Origin: an uncultured Candidatus Bathyarchaeia archaeon
GTDB lineage: Archaea > Thermoproteota > Bathyarchaeia > 40CM-2-53-6
Direction of reading: 5' to 3'
DNA: 64,000 nucleotides
Assembly (NCBI GenBank): GCA_964394935.1
Contig: CAYMZN010000001.1
Location: 55,210-119,209 of the forward strand
Both the position numbers and the translations under genes were made by a program. The notes beneath the pieces were generated by a model. It did no database searches. It was not told the origin of the DNA and worked only from the letters and a program-made list of their open reading frames with translations. Of the stretch, positions 58,726 to 64,000 are shown one piece after another; within the stretch, counting starts at the first letter, position 1, and each line of letters starts with the position of its first letter.

Positions 58726-61700
58726 GCTCCGAAATATTGAGTCTAGAAGCTACGCCGAGCGCCATCAACTCCTGAAGAAGCAGCTTGAAGGCATAGGACA
58801 GTGAAACTGGGGAGATGACTGCTCGTTCGCCGCAGATTCGGCACACGTACTTGTTCTGTTTGATGTCGTGATAGGCGAGTAGGCCGCATATCTCGCAGAC
58901 CATTACAGTGTACTTGTCGGATTCCTCAAGCAGCCTGTCCCTAAGTAGCGCAGACGCCCCGTGTCCGATTAGGCAGTCACGCTCCATTTCGCCGAACCTG
59001 AGTCCTCCACCGCGGGCTCTTCCTTCGGTGGGTTGCCTGGTCAACATCTGCACTTGGCCGCGGGCTCGTGCATGCATCTTGTCCGCGACCATGTGGTGGA
59101 GCTTCTGGTAGTAGACCACGCCCACGTAGACATCGGCGGTGAACTTCTTCCCGTCAATTCCGTTGTAGAACACCTCACTTCCACTGTGAGTGAAACCGAG
59201 CTTGAGCAACGCGTTACGAAGTTGTTCAGGACGCTCGTTACTGAACGGGGTTCCGTCCACCGGCTCTCCTCTGAGCGAGCCAACTTTTCCTGCCAATGAT
59301 TCAACGAATTGTCCGATAGTCATTCGGGACGGAAATGCGTGAGGGTTAATGATGATGTCGGGGACTACGCCGTCTTCCGTGAAAGGCATGTCTTGTTGAG
59401 GAACGAGAAGCCCGATGACTCCCTTCTGACCGTGCCTCGACGCGAACTTGTCTCCCAGTTCAGGAATCCGCATGTCTCTGACTTTCACCTTGACGAGCTT
59501 GCTACCTTCGATCGATTCCGTTACGAAGATCGTGTCAACCACCCCGACCTCTGAAGGGCGCACGCCAACAGATGAATCGCGTTTGGTAGGCCCCTTGACT
59601 TCAAATTCCCGGTACTCCTCTAGGAACCTCGGAGGGCTTGTCCTTCCTACGAGGACTGTGTTGCCGGAAACATCCGCCTCGGCCGAGATGATTCCGTCTT
59701 CCTCGAGGAGTCGATAGTACCTGTCTCCTCTGTATCCCCTGGTTCCTGCTTCAGGAATCTCGAACTTGTCGCGGAGTCCTCCCAGGTATTGTCTGCATTC
59801 AGCCTCGTAGATCCGGAAGAATGTAGATCGCCCCAGTCCACGGTCAACCGACGAGCGGTTGACGACGATGGCGTCTTCCATGTTGTAGCCTTGGAATGAA
59901 AGGACGGCGACGACGCAGTTCTGACCTGCGGGCCTGCCGTCATAGTTTATGGTCTCCATCGGTTTCGTTCTGACGAGGGGCAATTGTGGGTAGTGCAGAA
60001 GATGCGCTCGGGAGTCGACTCGGTTGAAGAAGTTTGTGCAGGACACTCCAAGTGCCTGCTTCGCCATCGCGGACTCGTACGCGTTCCTCGGCGACTGATT
60101 GTGCTCAGAATATGGTATGATTGAGGCGCAAATGCCTAGCATCGTGTAAGCGGCATGCTCCAAATGCGTCGTGTCCTTCGAGATCTTCGAAACGTCGAGC
60201 GCCACTAGTGCGCTCTCCTCCTCGTCCGAGTCTAGGTATTCGATGATCCCCTTCTCGACGAGCTCTTCCCATCTCATCTCGCCTCTCTGAACGGCTTCGA
60301 TCTGCTCGCGCGTCAGCTTGGGCACCCCGTTTTCCACTATGATGAGAGGTCTTCGAACTCTGCCATTGTCACAGTTAACGTAGACACATCCTCGTGCGTT
60401 CTCTTTCTCCGGCGGGAAGTAGGCAGCGTTTACTTCGTAGCTTATCTCGCCTGCTCTACGCATTCGTACGAGTTCGTCGACGAGTTCCTTCGGCGCACTG
60501 GAAATGCCAGCTATTATCCCGTCAACGATGACTTTGGTGCCAGCGGCCACCGTCTTGCTATCTGCTTGCTCAATTGGAACGACGCCCATTCGTCTTAGCT
60601 TGAGGACGAACTCTCTCGAGTCGGTTCCAATTGATAACGTGGAGGATAGCGCTAGATTCTTCACGAGACCACAGTTCGATCCTTCGGGGGTCTCGTTGGG
60701 GCACAGTCTACCCCAGTGGGTCGGATGCAGATCTCGTGCTTCCAAGTTAGGTTGGCTTCTACTCAATGGCGACTGCAGACGCCTAAGGTGACTTAGAGTC
60801 GAGGAGTAATTCGTTCGGTCGAGAAGCTGAGTAACTCCGACTCTCCCTCTAACCCAGTTTCCAGTGGCAACCGCATGTTGAATCCGCTCTGTGATTATCC
60901 CGGGTCTGATTGAGTTGGTGATTGAAAGCTCCTGATGTCGCCTGATCGTGATCCGTTCGAGTTGATACTTCAAGTCGCGAATGAGATTTCGGAATGAGAT
61001 CCTGAAGAGATCGGCCATCAAGGCTCCCGCAAGCTTGAGTCGCTTGTTCGAGTAGTGGTCTTTGTCGTCCGGCGCACGTCTGCCAAGCTTCAGCTCGATG
61101 AGCCTCGTCCCGATCTCTGCGAGGAAGTATGCCTTCTCTTTCCTTTCTGCGGGTGTCCGTCCCATGTGGGGGAGAAAATTACGATCAACTGTGGTCTCTG
61201 CCTTCTTGGCGCGGTAATCTTCCACTTGCCCGGGGGCCAGCCGGTTCCCAATATACAGGAGCGCGTCCTTCGTGGTCAGGATCCCCTGCGCCTTCTCGAA
61301 TGAACCTTCCAGCTGGTTTTGGATCGTCTCCTCCTCAGAAATCAATTCAGCGATCTTCAAGTCTTCTTGGACGCCGAGAGCCTTCGTCAAGACAACCAAG
61401 GGGACCTCGGCAGGAACCCCTGGAACCATTGCATAGATCGCCCCATCAGCCTTCAGGGTGACCTCAGTCCGCGCCCGAAAGCCCAGGGTCGTCGAGAAGA
61501 TCTTCGCCTTGTAGACAGGGTTGACTCCGGTCTTCTCCACGTCGACGAGGATCTTGTTCGGCGCTAGGTCCTCGAGTGCAACCACAACGCGCTCAGCACC
61601 GTTGACGATGAAGTATCCACCCGGATCGATCGGGTCCTCGCCGATACTGGTCATCTCATCGGGGGTCAGCCGAGAAAGCGGGCATATCTTCGATCGAAGC

Positions 61701-62044
61701 ATCACCGGGAAGTCCCCGATGTAGACGATCTCGGTCTGACCTTCGCGCTCGCCGATTACCGGCGTCATCTCAAGATGTAATGGTGCCGCGTAGGTAAGGT
61801 TGCGCACCCGCGCCTCAGTCGGGTATACTGGTCTTTCGGATCCGTCGACCTCTGTCACTCTTGGTGTACCGATCTCAATTTTCCCGAGCTTGATCTTCAA
61901 CGGGTACTCTTCGATCTCTATCGGGATCGAGCCGACCTCATCGATGATGGCTTGCAGCCCTGTATCGATGAACTCGTTGTAGGAGTCGATGTGCTGTCTG
62001 ACGAGACCCTTCTCTCGGAAGAATTCTTTGATCAAACCCCACAT
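58718..62044 (-). CDS. rpoB: DNA-directed RNA polymerase subunit B (unsplit)
   Basis: 1108 aa, a single ORF covering both the B'' and B' homology regions (GDKFASRHGQKGV and a C-terminal Zn ribbon). Confidence 0.95.
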   Translation of the reverse strand: MWGLIKEFFREKGLVRQHIDSYNEFIDTGLQAIIDEVGSIPIEIEEYPLKIKLGKIEIGTPRVTEVDGSERPVYPTEARVRNLTYAAPLHLEMTPVIGEREGQTEIVYIGDFPVMLRSKICPLSRLTPDEMTSIGEDPIDPGGYFIVNGAERVVVALEDLAPNKILVDVEKTGVNPVYKAKIFSTTLGFRARTEVTLKADGAIYAMVPGVPAEVPLVVLTKALGVQEDLKIAELISEEETIQNQLEGSFEKAQGILTTKDALLYIGNRLAPGQVEDYRAKKAETTVDRNFLPHMGRTPAERKEKAYFLAEIGTRLIELKLGRRAPDDKDHYSNKRLKLAGALMADLFRISFRNLIRDLKYQLERITIRRHQELSITNSIRPGIITERIQHAVATGNWVRGRVGVTQLLDRTNYSSTLSHLRRLQSPLSRSQPNLEARDLHPTHWGRLCPNETPEGSNCGLVKNLALSSTLSIGTDSREFVLKLRRMGVVPIEQADSKTVAAGTKVIVDGIIAGISSAPKELVDELVRMRRAGEISYEVNAAYFPPEKENARGCVYVNCDNGRVRRPLIIVENGVPKLTREQIEAVQRGEMRWEELVEKGIIEYLDSDEEESALVALDVSKISKDTTHLEHAAYTMLGICASIIPYSEHNQSPRNAYESAMAKQALGVSCTNFFNRVDSRAHLLHYPQLPLVRTKPMETINYDGRPAGQNCVVAVLSFQGYNMEDAIVVNRSSVDRGLGRSTFFRIYEAECRQYLGGLRDKFEIPEAGTRGYRGDRYYRLLEEDGIISAEADVSGNTVLVGRTSPPRFLEEYREFEVKGPTKRDSSVGVRPSEVGVVDTIFVTESIEGSKLVKVKVRDMRIPELGDKFASRHGQKGVIGLLVPQQDMPFTEDGVVPDIIINPHAFPSRMTIGQFVESLAGKVGSLRGEPVDGTPFSNERPEQLRNALLKLGFTHSGSEVFYNGIDGKKFTADVYVGVVYYQKLHHMVADKMHARARGQVQMLTRQPTEGRARGGGLRFGEMERDCLIGHGASALLRDRLLEESDKYTVMVCEICGLLAYHDIKQNKYVCRICGERAVISPVSLSYAFKLLLQELMALGVASRLNISERA

Positions 62045-62051
62045 CTGGGGT

Positions 62052-62342
62052 TCAACTTGAGTGATCAGACTTGCTTCCTCCAGCTGAACTCTCGATGACG
62101 TACCTATAGACGACGACCTGACCCGCAGTGGGACTCCGGCGGCTGATTTTGATGATATCCCATGGTTTTGCTCCTATCTGTCTCGCGGCTGGATCATCAG
62201 CTCTCAGGTAGGGCAGTTGATGTGCCTTGATGTGTAGGCGTTCCAGTAGCTGCTCCGCCTCACGCTTTGGCACAATCTCATGCTTCGGTACGAGTTGATG
62301 TTCAAAAACGTCTATCGCCTTCCTCCTCTCCTCATCCTTCAA
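62052..62342 (-). CDS. rpoH: DNA-directed RNA polymerase subunit H (Rpb5 homolog)
   Basis: HQLVPKHEIV hallmark. Start appears to be TTG because there is no in-frame ATG. Confidence 0.8.
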   Translation of the reverse strand: MKDEERRKAIDVFEHQLVPKHEIVPKREAEQLLERLHIKAHQLPYLRADDPAARQIGAKPWDIIKISRRSPTAGQVVVYRYVIESSAGGSKSDHSS

Positions 62343-62382
62343 GTGATCGTCTCTCCGATATCCGAACCCTCATTAGGCCCCG

Positions 62383-62392
62383 AGAAATAGGA
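62383..62392 (-). promoter_or_regulatory. candidate TATA-like box upstream of the rpoH-rpoB-rpoA operon
   Basis: Minus-strand CCTATTTCTC lies about 45-50 nt upstream of the rpoH TTG start. No other obvious A/T block sits in the 340-bp intergenic region. Confidence 0.2.
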
Positions 62393-62681
62393 ACCCTAGC
62401 GAAACTCTCCCTTAGCACAAGGCGACGCGCTAATAAGCATTATGCGGTCGAATCGTCAATTTGCAGTGCAACATGTCCCTTCGGGTGTCGGGACCATATC
62501 GATATCAGACACCTTAGATTTAGGCCAAGAATCCGTCCAACCGAGAGTCCAGTCGGCAATCTTCAGAAGGTGCCAGCTGTAGACTTGGAATGCTCAATGC
62601 AACAAGGTCCTCTACGGGGAGGATCCAGCCTGAGGAAACTTTTCCTTACAGCTCTGTCGAAGCATCACAATCCTCGTTCCG

Positions 62682-63086
62682 TCATGTCTCTTCGAGTTCT
62701 TCTGGCATCTTGACGCCCAAGTGGGAATAGATTGCCGTCTTCAAGACCTTCAGCCCGAGAAGGGCACACTCCATTCTCGCGGGTCCCGGGTCTGTTCCTA
62801 GAAGACCGATGATGTCTTTCTTTCCAAGTTTCCTAATCTCGGAGATTGGCTTCCCTTTCGAGAGTTCTGTCAGCATAGAGGCGGATGCTATGCTTATCGC
62901 ACATCCTTGTCCTCGAAACTTGACATCCTCGATCTTGTTCCCGTCAAGTTTTAGCTGCATCTCAATCGTGTCGCCGCATATGACGCTCGCTTCCCTTGCC
63001 CGAGCATTTGCGTCTGGAAGGCCGCCATAGTTTCTGGGATGTCTGTAGTGGTCAAGGATCGTCTCCTTATAGACGTCGACGCTCAT
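62682..63086 (-). CDS. Fe-S cluster assembly scaffold protein (NifU/IscU/SufU family)
   Basis: Conserved Cys ligands (CGD, GCAIS) and the HYRHPRN N-terminus. Confidence 0.75.
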   Translation of the reverse strand: MSVDVYKETILDHYRHPRNYGGLPDANARAREASVICGDTIEMQLKLDGNKIEDVKFRGQGCAISIASASMLTELSKGKPISEIRKLGKKDIIGLLGTDPGPARMECALLGLKVLKTAIYSHLGVKMPEELEET

Positions 63087-64000
63087 ACCTTGAACAGCTT
63101 CCCGGCGCTTTCGAGAGCCCTGACAAGTATGTCAACTTCCCGTCTTGTGTTGTAGATGTAGAAGCTGACACGAGAAGTGGCCGGCACCTTCAACCTTTCC
63201 ATTAGAGGCTGCGCACAGTGGTGTCCAGATCTTATCGCGATGCCTTGAGTGTCAAGGATTGTGGCTAGATCATGCGCGTGAATGTCTCCGAGATTGAATG
63301 AGATTGCCGCTCCCCGTTGCTCTATGTCTTTGGTGCCGTACAGCACGAGACCTTTCACGTCTTCCAGTTGTTCGAGGGCATATCTCGTGATCTCCTTCTC
63401 ATGCTCCCTCACGTTTCGCATTCCCAAGTCCGACAGATAGTCGACCGCTGCACTTAGGCCGATGACTCCCTCAATGTTCGGAGTTCCCGCCTCAAACTTC
63501 CATGGGGGATCGTTCCATCGAGCCTCTTGAAGATGAACTTCCTTGATCATTTCGCCGCCGCCCATGAATGGCTCCATGTGATCTAGAAGGTCGTATCTTC
63601 CATAGAGCATTCCAATCCCAGTGGGTGCCAGCATCTTGTGACCTGAGACCGCCATGAAATCGCATTCGAGGTCTGCCACATCGACAGGCATGTGAGGAAC
63701 TGACTGTGCAGCATCCACTGCGACGATGGCGCCAATGTTGTGGGCCCTCTGTGCCATCTGCCTGACAGGATTGATCGTTCCCAAGACGTTCGAGACGTGT
63801 GTCAGGCTGAGGATCTTCGGTTTTTCTTTGATCAGTTCCTCGAAGCTCTGCAAGCTCAGTAATCCATCATCGTTGATCCGCACGTAGTCAAGTTTGATGC
63901 CTCTCTCCTTTGCCAGGATCTGCCAGGGAACGATGTTGCTGTGGTGCTCCATCTCAGTAAGAAGAACGCGGTCTCCGGATTTGAGGTTCGCTCTTGCCCA
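63083..64000 (-). CDS. sufS: cysteine desulfurase SufS/NifS (class II), C-terminal ~300 aa; N-terminus beyond window end
   Basis: PLP-Lys motif SGHKM and the class II active-site loop RSGHHCAQP. Overlaps the scaffold gene start by 4 bp. Confidence 0.85.
   Translation of the reverse strand, partial: WARANLKSGDRVLLTEMEHHSNIVPWQILAKERGIKLDYVRINDDGLLSLQSFEELIKEKPKILSLTHVSNVLGTINPVRQMAQRAHNIGAIVAVDAAQSVPHMPVDVADLECDFMAVSGHKMLAPTGIGMLYGRYDLLDHMEPFMGGGEMIKEVHLQEARWNDPPWKFEAGTPNIEGVIGLSAAVDYLSDLGMRNVREHEKEITRYALEQLEDVKGLVLYGTKDIEQRGAAISFNLGDIHAHDLATILDTQGIAIRSGHHCAQPLMERLKVPATSRVSFYIYNTRREVDILVRALESAGKLFKV

Noticed and set aside
55040-62000. Many 60-170-aa ORFs on the plus strand within the rpoA and rpoB coordinates
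   Set aside because: All are antisense to long, well-conserved RNA polymerase genes, which is the usual GC-rich antisense ORF noise.
1-64000. CRISPR arrays, rRNA, tRNA
   Set aside because: No direct-repeat array, no rRNA-like segment and no convincing cloverleaf with a GTTC T-loop were seen by eye in the intergenic regions. The tRNA check is not exhaustive without a scanner.

Overview
This 64-kb window appears to come from an archaeal chromosome, probably a euryarchaeote- or Thermoplasmatota-like lineage, with GC around 53%. Both strands are densely coding.

Conserved information-processing genes:
- RNA polymerase operon in the order rpoH, unsplit rpoB, a single fused rpoA'/A'' ORF, L30e and NusA.
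- Ribosomal/translation cluster L44e, S27e, aIF2-alpha and a Nop10 gene that the ORF track missed.
- HflX, the oligosaccharyltransferase AglB, and the SufS/SufU pair.

Metabolic genes:
- Fae-Hps fusion (ribulose monophosphate pathway).
- Class I fructose-bisphosphate aldolase next to 6-phosphofructokinase.
- An inositol/polyol cluster: Gfo/Idh/MocA oxidoreductase, inositol-1-phosphate synthase, TIM-barrel sugar-phosphate isomerase, two Zn-dependent alcohol dehydrogenases and a cupin.
- NagA.
- A nucleoside-salvage locus: BMP-family ABC transporter, nucleoside phosphorylase, HAD hydrolase.
- An M49 peptidase.

Most unusual is a minus-strand gene string:
- radA, interrupted in its P-loop by an intein that carries LAGLIDADG motifs.
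- A RadB-like RecA-fold protein with a zinc ribbon whose Walker A motif is degenerate.
- An 84-aa protein.
- A family-B DNA polymerase homolog whose exonuclease and polymerase motifs are degenerate and which is split by a frameshift.

A second unusual gene is a wHTH + ATP-cone + NrdD-like protein in which the glycyl-radical glycine appears to be replaced.

Several genes are decayed: HemL, an MttB-family methyltransferase, a PIG-L deacetylase and a cupin paralog. No CRISPR array, rRNA or confident tRNA was seen.
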